A DNA stretch of 64,000 nucleotides from Candidatus Latescibacterota bacterium (GCA_965207885.1 OZ242311.1:4576001-4640000), one strand, 5' to 3'; counted from the first letter of the stretch, positions 37,813-47,845 are shown. Numbers and translations are program-made. Notes: generated from the letters alone by a model not told the origin.

Positions 37813-38817
37813 ATGAAACGCGTGGTCGTTGTCTTAAGCGTCTTTTTATTTTTGCTTCCGCTTCAAGCTGAGGAAGAAATGTCTCGTCGCCCGGTTGCAA
37901 CTTATTCTATTGTCGCCCGCGATTCGACCACGGGACAACTCGGTGTGGCCGTGCAATCGCATTTTTTCTCTGTTGGTCCCATTGTGCCCTGGGCTGAACC
38001 CGGCGTGGGAGCTGTTGCCACGCAATCTCTGGTCGATCCCGCTTATGGACCGCTCGGTCTGGATCTGATGCGGATGGGGCGGACTGCTCCCGAAGCGCTC
38101 AAAGCGCTCGTTTCAGCGGATAAGGATGCCGAAGTACGCCAGGTTGCAATGGTTGACGCCCATGGCAATGTTGCCGCTCATACGGGCAAGCGCGCCATTT
38201 ATGCCGCCGGGCATCAAACCGGTACGCAATATTCCGTGCAGGCCAATCTGATGGAAAAACCCACGGTTTGGGCTGCGATGAGCAAAGCCTATGAATCTTC
38301 CACGGGTGACCTTGCCGAGCGCATGCTCGCAGCCCTTGAAGCAGCAGAAGCCGAAGGCGGCGATATTCGCGGCAGGCAATCGGCTGCTATTCTCATTGTA
38401 GGTCCCAAAAATACAAATAGGCCATGGACATGGGGAGATCGATTGTTTGAGCTCCGCGTTGAAGATCATCCCAATCCCGTTGTTGAGTTGCGCCGGCTCG
38501 TTACCTTGCAACGCGCCTATCTCAAGCTCAATGAGGGCGATGAATGGCTTGGTAAGGGCGATATTGAAAAGGCACTTGTCGCCTATCGCACGGCCACTGA
38601 GATCGTGCCCGATAAAGCCACCAATGGCGAGGCCACCTTTTGGGTTGGCGTTACCCTCGCCGAGAAGGGCAAGCCCGATCAGGCGATCTCCTTTCTCGCC
38701 CGGGCATACAAACAGAACAAACGCTGGGCTGAGATTCTTTCCCGACTTCCCGCTTCCGAACTCCTTCCCGACGACCCCGATCTCATCAATCGTCTGGTGC
38801 AGGGTATGAAAGAGTAG
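37813..38817 (+). CDS. DUF1028 (Ntn-hydrolase-like) protein with C-terminal TPR-like helices
   Basis: TYSIVARD, GAVATQS, GGDIRGRQSAA, LRVEDHPNP. Confidence 0.85.
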   Translation: MKRVVVVLSVFLFLLPLQAEEEMSRRPVATYSIVARDSTTGQLGVAVQSHFFSVGPIVPWAEPGVGAVATQSLVDPAYGPLGLDLMRMGRTAPEALKALVSADKDAEVRQVAMVDAHGNVAAHTGKRAIYAAGHQTGTQYSVQANLMEKPTVWAAMSKAYESSTGDLAERMLAALEAAEAEGGDIRGRQSAAILIVGPKNTNRPWTWGDRLFELRVEDHPNPVVELRRLVTLQRAYLKLNEGDEWLGKGDIEKALVAYRTATEIVPDKATNGEATFWVGVTLAEKGKPDQAISFLARAYKQNKRWAEILSRLPASELLPDDPDLINRLVQGMKE

Positions 38818-38819
38818 AA

Positions 38820-38920
38820 GAATCTACGAATCAGCGAATCAGCGAATCCCGCCCCGCCCCCCAAAATCAGTATGTACTGCCATTCGTCTATTCGTCTATT
38901 CGTCTATTCGTCTATTCGTC
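38820..38920. repeat. Composite element with opposed 8-mer tandem arms
   Basis: (CGAATCAG)-type units, then C-rich core, then (ATTCGTCT)x4.9. Confidence 0.85.
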
Positions 38921-39364
38921 CATCCACTCAAACATTTTGTAGTGGTTGCCATCCATTCCCATTGCGTTATAAGTTTTTTGCGCTCGTTCGTTTTCCCGTT
39001 CGACATAAAGCCGGAGTCCGCGCAGGTCGGCGGATTGTTCGACTCTGGTTTTTAAGTTTTCATACATCATCCGGAAAACGCCGCGTCGCCGTGCGCCGGG
39101 AATTACATAGACCGAATGAATCCACAATACGGTTCCGTTGCGCCAGTCACTCCATTCGGGGACGGTGAGCAAGCAGCCGACGACTTTACCGTCTAACTCG
39201 GCAATCCAATACGCCCCTTTGTGGGGATCGTCAAAAACGGCCTGTACGCCTTTTTCAACGGTTGGTTGATCCAGTGTAAGATCTTCCGCTTCTTTTGCCA
39301 TTCGGATCTGAAAATCTACGATATTGGACGCATCTTTTCGTCGCCCCCGACGAATCTCGATCAT
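38912..39364 (-). CDS. GNAT N-acetyltransferase
   Basis: WIHSVYV..RRRGV, RLYVERENERAQKTY. Confidence 0.9.
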   Translation of the reverse strand: MIEIRRGRRKDASNIVDFQIRMAKEAEDLTLDQPTVEKGVQAVFDDPHKGAYWIAELDGKVVGCLLTVPEWSDWRNGTVLWIHSVYVIPGARRRGVFRMMYENLKTRVEQSADLRGLRLYVERENERAQKTYNAMGMDGNHYKMFEWMDE

Positions 39365-40098
39365 AATCCCTTCTTCCATTTGCGATATAGCTCGAATGTT
39401 TCTTCATCTGGCGGATAGTATTTGCCCGGGGAGAGATTTTCCGTGTCCAGGCGCTTTCTGATCCATTCTTCGAGGTCGTCGTATTCTATCGCTTTTTGAG
39501 CCATTTCCGGCGCGACTTTGCGCGGGATGACCACTACGCCGTCGTCGTCGGCTACGATGTAGTCTCCCGGTCTGACGAGGACGCCATCGACCTGTACCCA
39601 GTCATTGGTCGAATAGGGCGTTCCAACGCGGGTGCCGAGGTTTGATGTTTTGCCATATCCCCACAACATGACGCCGTAGTCTTTGACGGTGTGCATGTCG
39701 CGGATGCCGCCATCGCAGATCAGCCCATCAACTCCTCGCTGTTTTAAGCGAAGAAATTTGATGTCTCCGCCAATGGACATCAATTTGGTGCGCATGGATT
39801 CCATGACGATGACATCGCCCGGACCGGCGAGTTCAAAGGCGGCGTATTCAGGGGATTCTTCGCCGTCTGGTTTTTCTTCGTCGGCATCGGGGCGCGAGGG
39901 CACAAAGCGCACGGTGATTGCTCTGGCGACCAGTCGTTCCCCGGGGTTCATGGTTTGCAGATTGGGCATGTAGGTGTATCGCGCGTCATACCCATTGCGA
40001 GCGAGCACATCGACTACAGCGGTTGTGTTCACGCGCTTGAGTGCTTCTCGCGTTGCTTTGTCCAATACGTGACCGGGGGTGGGTTGTACAATTGCCAT
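39361..40098 (-). CDS. RraA-like / HMG-CHA aldolase family protein
   Basis: PGDVIV, GGDI, DGGIRD, VRPGDYIVADDDGVVVIP. Confidence 0.85.
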   Translation of the reverse strand: MAIVQPTPGHVLDKATREALKRVNTTAVVDVLARNGYDARYTYMPNLQTMNPGERLVARAITVRFVPSRPDADEEKPDGEESPEYAAFELAGPGDVIVMESMRTKLMSIGGDIKFLRLKQRGVDGLICDGGIRDMHTVKDYGVMLWGYGKTSNLGTRVGTPYSTNDWVQVDGVLVRPGDYIVADDDGVVVIPRKVAPEMAQKAIEYDDLEEWIRKRLDTENLSPGKYYPPDEETFELYRKWKKGL

Positions 40099-40112
40099 AT
40101 ATTCTCCTGTTT

Positions 40113-41093
40113 CTATTTGCTTTCGTTTTCGACTGCCTGGATCAATGCGATGATGTATCCAAATTGGAATGCCCACGCCTGGGTTACGCGGCTTGAGACG
40201 CCTTCGGGAGCTGTGTCGTCGGGATGGCGGGGGGCGTGGTCGGGCATGAGCATGTAGGGATAGCCGGCCTGGTGTAAGGCTTTTACGATTTCGTACATGT
40301 TGACGTCGCCTTCATCTGGCCAGGTTTCGCAAAAGTCGTGCAGGCCTCCGCGGATGTTTCTGAAGTGTATGTTGAAGATTTTTTTTCTTTCTGCGAAATA
40401 TTTGACGATGGGCGGGAGTTCTCCGGCCGGGTTTTCCAGTCCTTCAGCGGCTACGCCACAGCAGAAATTGAATCCGTGATAGGGGCTGTCAACCAGTTCG
40501 CTGAATCGCTTCAGGCCTTCAAATACGGGATAATTCCATTTTTCTACGCCGTTTAGCACAGGTGCTGGCGGGTCGTTGAGGTGGCACGCCATCTGTATTT
40601 TGTATTCTTCTGCTACGGGTATGATGCGTTCGAGAAAGTACGCGGCCCGTTCAAAAGCTTCTTCTCGGCTCACGCGACCGATGTCGGTGAGGGTGTCGTT
40701 GTCGTATTCGGAGAGGACAAAAGAGCTGTACGTTGTTCCGCCGCGACCCGGCCTGCGCCCGGTGCGCTGTACAAGGCCGCCGGAAGGTGCGCGCAAGACG
40801 CAGAAGTTGTAGTTTAGACCTCGCAGTCCGGCTTTATGCGCGTTTTCGATGTATTGACAGAACAGGTCGATGTCTTTGTCGCGTTGCGGGTCTTTTGCCA
40901 TGGGGATGCTGTCCATTGGGGGGACGTGAATCATTTCGAGTTCGACTCCGTAAGCGGCTGCTTCTTCTCTGTGCCGCGTGAGGGTGTCGGCATCCATGCC
41001 ATCGACTGTGGCGTCAAAATGGGTGACGCCATGGCGAGATAGAAATTCCATTTCTATTTTTGATGTGCCTAAGTACTGTGTGCCTACGTACAT
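40113..41093 (-). CDS. Mannonate dehydratase-like protein (UxuA family)
   Basis: IPVAEEYKIQMACHLNDPP, FNFCCG, NIHFRN, DEGDVNM, MPDH. Confidence 0.85.
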   Translation of the reverse strand: MYVGTQYLGTSKIEMEFLSRHGVTHFDATVDGMDADTLTRHREEAAAYGVELEMIHVPPMDSIPMAKDPQRDKDIDLFCQYIENAHKAGLRGLNYNFCVLRAPSGGLVQRTGRRPGRGGTTYSSFVLSEYDNDTLTDIGRVSREEAFERAAYFLERIIPVAEEYKIQMACHLNDPPAPVLNGVEKWNYPVFEGLKRFSELVDSPYHGFNFCCGVAAEGLENPAGELPPIVKYFAERKKIFNIHFRNIRGGLHDFCETWPDEGDVNMYEIVKALHQAGYPYMLMPDHAPRHPDDTAPEGVSSRVTQAWAFQFGYIIALIQAVENESK

Positions 41094-41118
41094 GATATTT
41101 CTCCTTTTCAAAATGCAA

Positions 41119-41263
41119 CCACCGATGAACGCAGTGACGAATCAACGAATCAACGAATCAATGAAACAGGTAATGTACATGAAAGCCGTCATTGCGGCAT
41201 GGTTTTAGCCGCAATCCAGAGGTTTTGGGTGGTTGGGCGGGGTTCGTCTATTCGTCTATTCGC
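41119..41263. repeat. Second composite 8-mer element with nested REP-like hairpin
   Basis: (ACGAATCA)x3 41137-41160; GTCATTGCGG...CCGCAATCC 41188-41217; (TTCGTCTA)x2.5 41243-41263. Confidence 0.8.
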
Positions 41264-42384
41264 ATTTGCGAGAGGGCGTCGTCGAGTTTTTGGACGGTGC
41301 GGTCAATGTTCTGGAGTTTGTCCAGGCCGAATAGGCCCAGGCGAAAGGTTTGAAAATCTTCTGGTTCGTCGCATTGCAAGGGTACGCCAGCGGCGATTTG
41401 AAGGCCCGCGTCCATAAATTTTTTTCCGGTGTGTATGTCGGGGTCTTCGGTGTAGCTGACTACCACTCCCGGTGCCTGGAATCCCTCTGCGGCTACGCTT
41501 TTTATGCCTTTGCTGTTTAAAAGTGCCCGCACTTTGTCGCCGAGTTCGCGTTGTTGCGCGCAAATTTTTTCAAAGCCGTAATTTTCGGTTTCTTTCATTG
41601 TGTTGCGAAAAACTGTGAGGGCATCCGTAGGCATGGTTGCGTGATACGCATGGCCGCCACCTTCGTAAGCTTCCATAATTTGAAGCCATTTGTGCAGGTC
41701 GCAGGCAAAACTGGTGCTGGTTGTGGATTCAATTTTTTCTAGTGCAGAGGAAGAGAGCATGACGAGGCCACAACACGCAGCGGCACTCCAGCCTTTTTGT
41801 GGGGCGCTGATCAGGATATCGACACCGCTGGCTTTCATATCGACCCAGATTGTTCCCGAGGCGATGCAGTCCAATACCAGGAGGCCGCCAGCAGCGTGTA
41901 TGGCATCTGCTACGGAACAGATGTAGTCGTCGGGCAGAATGATCCCGGATGCGGTTTCGACGTGTGGCGCGAAGACAAAGTCCGGTTTTTCCGATGCGAT
42001 TGTCTCTGTGACCTCTTCGATGGGCGGAGGTGCAAATGGGGCGTGTTTGTCTTCGCCTGTGCGCCGCGCTTTAAGGACTATGGATTGGGATGGGATGTCG
42101 CCCATTTCGAAGATTTGGGTCCAGCGATAGCTGAACCATCCATTGCGAATGACCAGGCATTTTTTGTCTGTGGCAAATTGTCGCGCTACGGCTTCCATGC
42201 CAAATGTGCCACTGCCGGGTACGACAATGACCGCGCTGGCGCAATACACTTTTTTGAGTGTGGTGGAGATATCTCGCATGATGCTCTGGAAGGATTGCGA
42301 CATGTGGTTGAGTGCGCGGTCTGTATAGACGACAGAGTATTCCAGGAGTTTATCGGGGTCACTATTGGGAGGTAAACTCGACAT
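41248..42384 (-). CDS. Class V PLP aminotransferase (alanine-glyoxylate type)
   Basis: GSGTFGMEA, HVETASG, DCIASG, SAPQKG (PLP Lys). Confidence 0.9.
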   Translation of the reverse strand: MSSLPPNSDPDKLLEYSVVYTDRALNHMSQSFQSIMRDISTTLKKVYCASAVIVVPGSGTFGMEAVARQFATDKKCLVIRNGWFSYRWTQIFEMGDIPSQSIVLKARRTGEDKHAPFAPPPIEEVTETIASEKPDFVFAPHVETASGIILPDDYICSVADAIHAAGGLLVLDCIASGTIWVDMKASGVDILISAPQKGWSAAACCGLVMLSSSALEKIESTTSTSFACDLHKWLQIMEAYEGGGHAYHATMPTDALTVFRNTMKETENYGFEKICAQQRELGDKVRALLNSKGIKSVAAEGFQAPGVVVSYTEDPDIHTGKKFMDAGLQIAAGVPLQCDEPEDFQTFRLGLFGLDKLQNIDRTVQKLDDALSQMRIDE

Positions 42385-42417
42385 GTTCGCCTCTATGAAA
42401 GAGATTGGTGATGTGAT

Positions 42418-43386
42418 TTATAGTTCTACTTCGGCGATGGCTATGCCGCTTTCTCCTGCGACGGCATATAGCAAATAGATGTGGCCATTTTCTTCAAAGA
42501 TTGCGGGGTCGCGCAACTGGTTGACGTGTCCATAAGCCACGCTGCGAATAGAGGGTTCCAGAGGTGCATCTGCACCTTCCCATGGATGTTCTGGGCACAG
42601 GATTTCTACGCTTTCTGTTTCGCGCCAGTTTTGCCAGTCAGCCGATATGTCAATGGTGCTGAGTAATATGCTTTCGGGTACGTCTCCTACCTGTGTCCAG
42701 AATATGTACAGGGTATTTTCACGTTTTAATAGGGCTGCGTGGCGCATGTTTTTGTTGAATAGCAATGGGCCTTCTTCAAAGTGTGAGAATCCGTCAGTTG
42801 ACCGATAAAATTGGCCCGGCATTGCCATGCCATAGACATAACCCGCGTGTCGAAAAATTCTGAGGTAGCTTTTGGCGAAGGTTTCTGGGCGCGCTGTGAA
42901 GTTGATTCCATCGGCAGATGTGGCGACGCGGCTGATTTGATGTGCGAGTTTTTCGAGGCCGTGATAGTACATGACAATGGTTTGATCGGTGTGGCTGACG
43001 TGTACATCTGGCGATGCGATATGCGGTGTGGTGGCTTCTGTCACCAGGTCGTGGGATAATTTTTGAGGGCCTTTTTCCGCATGCCAGAGTGTTTTGATTT
43101 GTGCTATGTCTTTTTCTGATGCGGTGAGTGGCTGTGTGGGAAAATGCGATTCGGCGAGTTGCAGGGTTCCCGGTGGATGTATTTTCCAGGGTCCGCGCAG
43201 GTTATCTGTGTATGCGAGGCGGATGTACCGGCCTTTGTGGTCGGCAAAGTAGAGGTAATACGATCCGAGTGGTTCGGGTACCCAGTCGGGTACGCGGATT
43301 AGCGAGGGTCCCTGGATGTTGTGTCCGATACTCGGATGCAAATCCGGGGTGATGATGGGGGCATCGAGTAGTCGCGTGACGCGCAT
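42418..43386 (-). CDS. Five-bladed beta-propeller glycosidase-like protein
   Basis: GPSLI, YYLYF, ASPDVH and LRDPAIF blade motifs. Confidence 0.6.
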   Translation of the reverse strand: MRVTRLLDAPIITPDLHPSIGHNIQGPSLIRVPDWVPEPLGSYYLYFADHKGRYIRLAYTDNLRGPWKIHPPGTLQLAESHFPTQPLTASEKDIAQIKTLWHAEKGPQKLSHDLVTEATTPHIASPDVHVSHTDQTIVMYYHGLEKLAHQISRVATSADGINFTARPETFAKSYLRIFRHAGYVYGMAMPGQFYRSTDGFSHFEEGPLLFNKNMRHAALLKRENTLYIFWTQVGDVPESILLSTIDISADWQNWRETESVEILCPEHPWEGADAPLEPSIRSVAYGHVNQLRDPAIFEENGHIYLLYAVAGESGIAIAEVEL

Positions 43387-43404
43387 GTTATTTTTCCTTA
43401 GTGC

Positions 43405-44397
43405 TTATACCAGTCCTGGTGTGAAGAGTACCATGTCGTCTTCAAAATTTCTCAATGGCGCAATGCCGAGTTTTTTGAGTGTATTGTGATAGATTTTGAC
43501 TCCTTCTTCCGGGCTGATAAGGCCATCTGCGATATCGCGCAGGACTTCGACAAATGCTCTGGGATTTTCAGCGCCTTTGATGCGGCGGCCAAAGAGGGCG
43601 ACGCGTGCGCCGTGTTTTTTGGCTTCAGATATGAGTTTGAATGAATCGTAAGTGGTGCTCGTTGGTCCGCCGAGGATGCCGACGACGACTGTGGAATCGT
43701 AGTTGACGAGGGCTTCCATAGATTCTGGGCCATTGTAGGCTATTTTCAAAAATTCGGGTCGCGATGCCCGGGGTATGCCGGCGAGCATCCGGGCGATCTG
43801 GTCATTGACGTATGCGGGGATGTCTTCTGCGCGCAACCCGCAGTCCGCTATATTGGGATTAAAGACTTCGAGGAAGTATCGAAATCCTTTGCGTGTGGCT
43901 TCTGTTCTGAATGTTTTAAACTGCATCAGTGAGAGCCAGTCTGTATCCAGGTTGTTGTTGAATGTGATGGAGTACAGGCCGAGGTCGATATCTGGTTTTT
44001 GGTCGGGTTGGGGCAATAGCGTGCCGTATTGCGCTTCTTCAATTGTGGGTGAGGCAAAGGGGCGAGACGGAAGGGAGGTGTATTCTGCGCCTGTTGCATC
44101 CCACAGGTCGGTTGTGTCGTTGGCGCGCACGGCAGGTGTTACGGGCGATGTGTCAAAGAGCCGTTTCTCATGTGCCAGGACATCCATAGTGGAGACAGAG
44201 GTCAGTAAAACGTCGATTTTTGCTTGTTCAGTGATATCCACAAGGTCATCGTAATAGGCTTGTATAGATGGCGTGGCATCTGTGAGTGTTGCAAGTCCTT
44301 TTGACATGTCGGGATCAGCGGCATACGCGATGATAAATGCATCGCTGTTGGGATTGCTGCGTATGTCGGCGAGTTTTGTGTCTAATGATTTTTTCAT
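43405..44397 (-). CDS. Conserved hypothetical, class I aldolase-like TIM barrel
   Basis: FLEVF, FLKIAY, VGILGG and ALFGRRI resemble DhnA/LacD-type motifs. Confidence 0.55.
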   Translation of the reverse strand: MKKSLDTKLADIRSNPNSDAFIIAYAADPDMSKGLATLTDATPSIQAYYDDLVDITEQAKIDVLLTSVSTMDVLAHEKRLFDTSPVTPAVRANDTTDLWDATGAEYTSLPSRPFASPTIEEAQYGTLLPQPDQKPDIDLGLYSITFNNNLDTDWLSLMQFKTFRTEATRKGFRYFLEVFNPNIADCGLRAEDIPAYVNDQIARMLAGIPRASRPEFLKIAYNGPESMEALVNYDSTVVVGILGGPTSTTYDSFKLISEAKKHGARVALFGRRIKGAENPRAFVEVLRDIADGLISPEEGVKIYHNTLKKLGIAPLRNFEDDMVLFTPGLV

Positions 44398-45059
44398 CTG
44401 TGTCCTTTTCCTGTTTTGTGAATTAAGATCACATCGGCTCCGATGAATTCGATTTCTGTTTTATAGGTGTTTCCCAACCATTCAAATGTGGATTTTGAAA
44501 AAAAACAGATGTGTGTTGGGTCTCTTTTGTAATGCCAGTTTTTAAATGCGGATTTGTCGATTGCGAGTTTGGTCATGATGCCGAGTATGCCGCCAGGTTT
44601 TACAAGGCGATAAAGTCTTTGCAGTTCACGTTGGGGATTTTTCAGGTGTTCGACGACTTCTGTTGCTGTTACAAAGTCGTATTCGCGCTGGAAGACTTCG
44701 GGGTTATGCGCGTAAAATTTGTCGTATATATCGACGGTATGTCCGGATTCTTGAAACATGAGGGATAATGTCGGTCCGGGACCGCATCCGAAATCCAGGC
44801 CGTGCGCGCGTTTGGGTAGGCGCGCTTTCAGGGGGTTGCAAATTCGCGATAAAAATGCCCTGTATTTTGGGTCTTCTGGATTATTTCTGTGCAGGTCGTA
44901 CCGCTGTTTTTCCTCTTGTTCTGATAGGTGAAAAGTTTTGGGGACAAAGACGAGGGAACAATCCGTACAAATCAGATATTCTCTGAATGTGTCGCGGAGA
45001 TAGTGGGTTGTGTTCTGGCTTTTGCAAAGCGGGCAGGTTTCCGCTGGCGAGTTGTGCAT
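44394..45059 (-). CDS. Class I SAM methyltransferase with N-terminal Zn ribbon
   Basis: CPLC/CTDC, LDFGCGPG, TEVVEH, DPTHICFF. Confidence 0.88.
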   Translation of the reverse strand: MHNSPAETCPLCKSQNTTHYLRDTFREYLICTDCSLVFVPKTFHLSEQEEKQRYDLHRNNPEDPKYRAFLSRICNPLKARLPKRAHGLDFGCGPGPTLSLMFQESGHTVDIYDKFYAHNPEVFQREYDFVTATEVVEHLKNPQRELQRLYRLVKPGGILGIMTKLAIDKSAFKNWHYKRDPTHICFFSKSTFEWLGNTYKTEIEFIGADVILIHKTGKGHR

Positions 45060-45190
45060 AGTGATAGATTAAATGATGTGGCGTCTCAAAATCCCATTGT
45101 ATTATTCGTGCAATGAGAATATCTTTGGCTCCGACCCTGCATAAGGTAACAATTTATCCATTTTTCACAATACACAAAACGGAGAATTTC

Positions 45191-46819
45191 ATGACTGGTT
45201 ACGATGCTATGGCGCGTGTGCTCAAGGCAGAGGGTGTTGAATTTCTGGTGGCATTTCCCCATCAGACACTGATTGAAGCGTCGGCGAAGGCGGGGATTAC
45301 CCCTATTATTTGTCGTCAGGAGCGCGCGGGTGTCAATATGGCCGATGGTTTTAGTCGCGTGTCCAATGGAAAAAGGTTTGGCGTTTTTACGATGCAGCAA
45401 GGTCCCGGCGCGGAAAATGCGTTTGGGGGCGTGGCACAGGCGTATGCGGATTCGGTGCCCGTGTTGCATTTGCCCGGTGGGGAAGCGCTGTCGCGTCAGG
45501 GTATTCATCCCACGTTTGAAGCGGTGCGGAATTACCGTCATATTACGAAGTGGGCGGCTCAAATATACGCGGTAGAGGATATTCCGGTTATGATGCGTCG
45601 CGCGGTTGTACAGATGAAGAGCGGGCGTTTGGGTCCCGTGTTGTTGGAGATGCACAGGGAGGCGATGGCTGCCGAATATCCCGGTGAGGAGGTCGCTTAT
45701 ACGCCGGTTCAGGCCCGGCGCTCTGCCGCTGCGTCTGAAGATGTGCGCGATATGATTACAGATCTTCTCAGCGCTCAGCGTCCGGTTATTATTGCGGGGC
45801 AGGGGGTGTTGTATGCAGAGGCGACGGAAGAATTGATCGAGTTTGCCGAGTTGGCCAGTGTTCCCGTGATGACGACGCTTGCGGGTAAGAGTGCTTTTCC
45901 AGAGACGCATCCGCTATCACTGGGTACTGGCGGACACACATATACGTTGATGGTCAAGCGGTTTTTGGCGTCGATGGATTTTGGATTGGGTATTGGTACG
46001 AGTTTTACGCGCAATACATTTACCACGCCGATGCCAGAGGGGGTTCCCCTGGCTCAGGTGACGAATTGTGCCGAGGATATGGGTAAGGATTTCGAGGTTG
46101 CAGTGGGCGCGCTGGGGGATGCGAAGCTGGTTTTGAGGCAGATGATTGAGGAGGTCAAGCGACAGGTTGGCGAGGGTGGGCGCGAGAACGATGCCGAGGA
46201 TCGGGTCGCCGCTGTGACCCGGGAGTTTGCCGATTTATGGGAGCCGCATTTTACGTCGGATGAGATTCCGATTAGTCCGTATCGCGTGATTCGAGAGTTG
46301 GAGAATGCGGTCGATGTGGGCAATACGATTATTACCCACGATTCGGGTTATCCGCGGGATCAACTCGTTCCGACGTGGAAGCCCGTGACGCCGCGCGGGT
46401 ACCTGGGATGGGGTAAGTCAACGCAACTCGGATATGGTCTGGGGATGGCAGTGGGCGCAAAGTTGGCTGCGCCGGAGAAACAGGTGATCAATTTGATGGG
46501 TGATGCGGCGTTTGGGATGGCAGGGCTGGATCTGGAGACGGCTGTTCGGGCAGATATTCCGATTTTTACGGTTGTGCTCAATAATGGCGTGATGACGAAG
46601 TACGATTCGCATATGCCGTATGCTTCAGATCGCTTTGGGAGCAATGAGTTGAGCGGAAATTACACCCATGTGAGCGCGGGGTTGGGCGCACAGGCAGAGC
46701 GCGTGGATACGCCCGACGAACTCGCACCCGCGATCCATCGCGCACTCGCCGCGAATAGAGAGGGCAAAACCGCTGTGCTGGAGGTTATGACCAAGGCAGA
46801 GCCAAATGTTCCGACGTAA
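45191..46819 (+). CDS. Thiamine pyrophosphate-requiring enzyme (acetolactate synthase-like)
   Basis: RQER..MADG, QGPG, GDAAFGM...LNN ThDP motif; GGAG SD. Confidence 0.9.
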   Translation: MTGYDAMARVLKAEGVEFLVAFPHQTLIEASAKAGITPIICRQERAGVNMADGFSRVSNGKRFGVFTMQQGPGAENAFGGVAQAYADSVPVLHLPGGEALSRQGIHPTFEAVRNYRHITKWAAQIYAVEDIPVMMRRAVVQMKSGRLGPVLLEMHREAMAAEYPGEEVAYTPVQARRSAAASEDVRDMITDLLSAQRPVIIAGQGVLYAEATEELIEFAELASVPVMTTLAGKSAFPETHPLSLGTGGHTYTLMVKRFLASMDFGLGIGTSFTRNTFTTPMPEGVPLAQVTNCAEDMGKDFEVAVGALGDAKLVLRQMIEEVKRQVGEGGRENDAEDRVAAVTREFADLWEPHFTSDEIPISPYRVIRELENAVDVGNTIITHDSGYPRDQLVPTWKPVTPRGYLGWGKSTQLGYGLGMAVGAKLAAPEKQVINLMGDAAFGMAGLDLETAVRADIPIFTVVLNNGVMTKYDSHMPYASDRFGSNELSGNYTHVSAGLGAQAERVDTPDELAPAIHRALAANREGKTAVLEVMTKAEPNVPT

Positions 46820-46843
46820 GTGTACAGGCACTCGTTCAATGAA

Positions 46844-47728
46844 TCAGTGGATGAATTCCTGGCCGATTTTCCATACCCCTTTCTCGCGGAAAGCGGGAAT
46901 GGTCTGGCGGCGGGCGGCGTTGGTGACAGCAGGTGCCGAAAGCGCATTCTGTCTTATGTAATCCGATAGATTGATGATTGCCTCTCCCTTCAAATAGCTC
47001 AGTCGCTTGTGCAACGATTCTGTGAGAGCCAGTGATAGAATTCCTTCCATCGTCCTGGTCGTTCTGTTATCTCCATAGTCTCTGAATGCCCGGTAGTACG
47101 TCTCTTTCTCCGAGTTGCGAATGATAAGGCGCGGCAGGCCGAGTTGCAGGAGTTGAAAATTGATAATGACCCGCCCCATGCGGCCATTGCCGTCGCAAAA
47201 GGGATGGATGGTCTCGAAGTCCAGATGAAATCGGGCAATTTTATCCAGGAAGTAGGTGTCGAGGTCGCTGGAATACTCGATGAGGATATTATCTATCATG
47301 CGCTCTACATGTTCAGATGCTGGCGCAATATGAGTACCCACCCGCACGTATTCTCCCTGCTGGCGAAACCGTCCTGCAATGTCATCGTTGATGCCGCCGA
47401 TAAGCATCTGATGCAAAAGTAGCATCAGGTCTTTGTTCAGTTCGCTATCTTTGGCTCTGTTGCGCTTATATGCTGTGACGCGAGCCAGGTTTTTCGCCTC
47501 AAAGACTTCCCGCACAGATACATTCCGAGATAACATCTGCTCCAATAGGATTTTTTCTGTTTCATTGAGGGTGAGGGTGGAGTTTTCAATGGCGTTTGAG
47601 TTGTACACGCTCTCAGGTACCTCTACTTCGTCAATCATCGACAGTAGCGATTCTTTACCCTGGCGCAAGGTATCGTACTCTCGTTTCAGAGTCTGGATGC
47701 GGTTTTTTGTCGGTTGTCTGCTTGCCAT
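46844..47728 (-). CDS. Fic family protein (class II) with C-terminal HTH-like tail
   Basis: HPFCDGNGRMGR catalytic motif; SNAIEN inhibitory motif. Confidence 0.92.
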   Translation of the reverse strand: MASRQPTKNRIQTLKREYDTLRQGKESLLSMIDEVEVPESVYNSNAIENSTLTLNETEKILLEQMLSRNVSVREVFEAKNLARVTAYKRNRAKDSELNKDLMLLLHQMLIGGINDDIAGRFRQQGEYVRVGTHIAPASEHVERMIDNILIEYSSDLDTYFLDKIARFHLDFETIHPFCDGNGRMGRVIINFQLLQLGLPRLIIRNSEKETYYRAFRDYGDNRTTRTMEGILSLALTESLHKRLSYLKGEAIINLSDYIRQNALSAPAVTNAARRQTIPAFREKGVWKIGQEFIH

Positions 47729-47761
47729 ATCATTAGAATAACCGATTCACGGTATATTGTC

Positions 47762-47845
47762 AAATTTTAGTGAATAGATAAGTCAAAATGGGTATCATTC
47801 ATGGTAAATTGCTAAATTTTAGTGAATGGATAGGTTAAAATGGGT
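47762..47845 (+). repeat. 32-bp imperfect direct repeat
   Basis: aaattttagtgaatagataagtcaaaatgggt (47762-47793) / aaattttagtgaatggataggttaaaatgggt (47814-47845). Confidence 0.85.
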
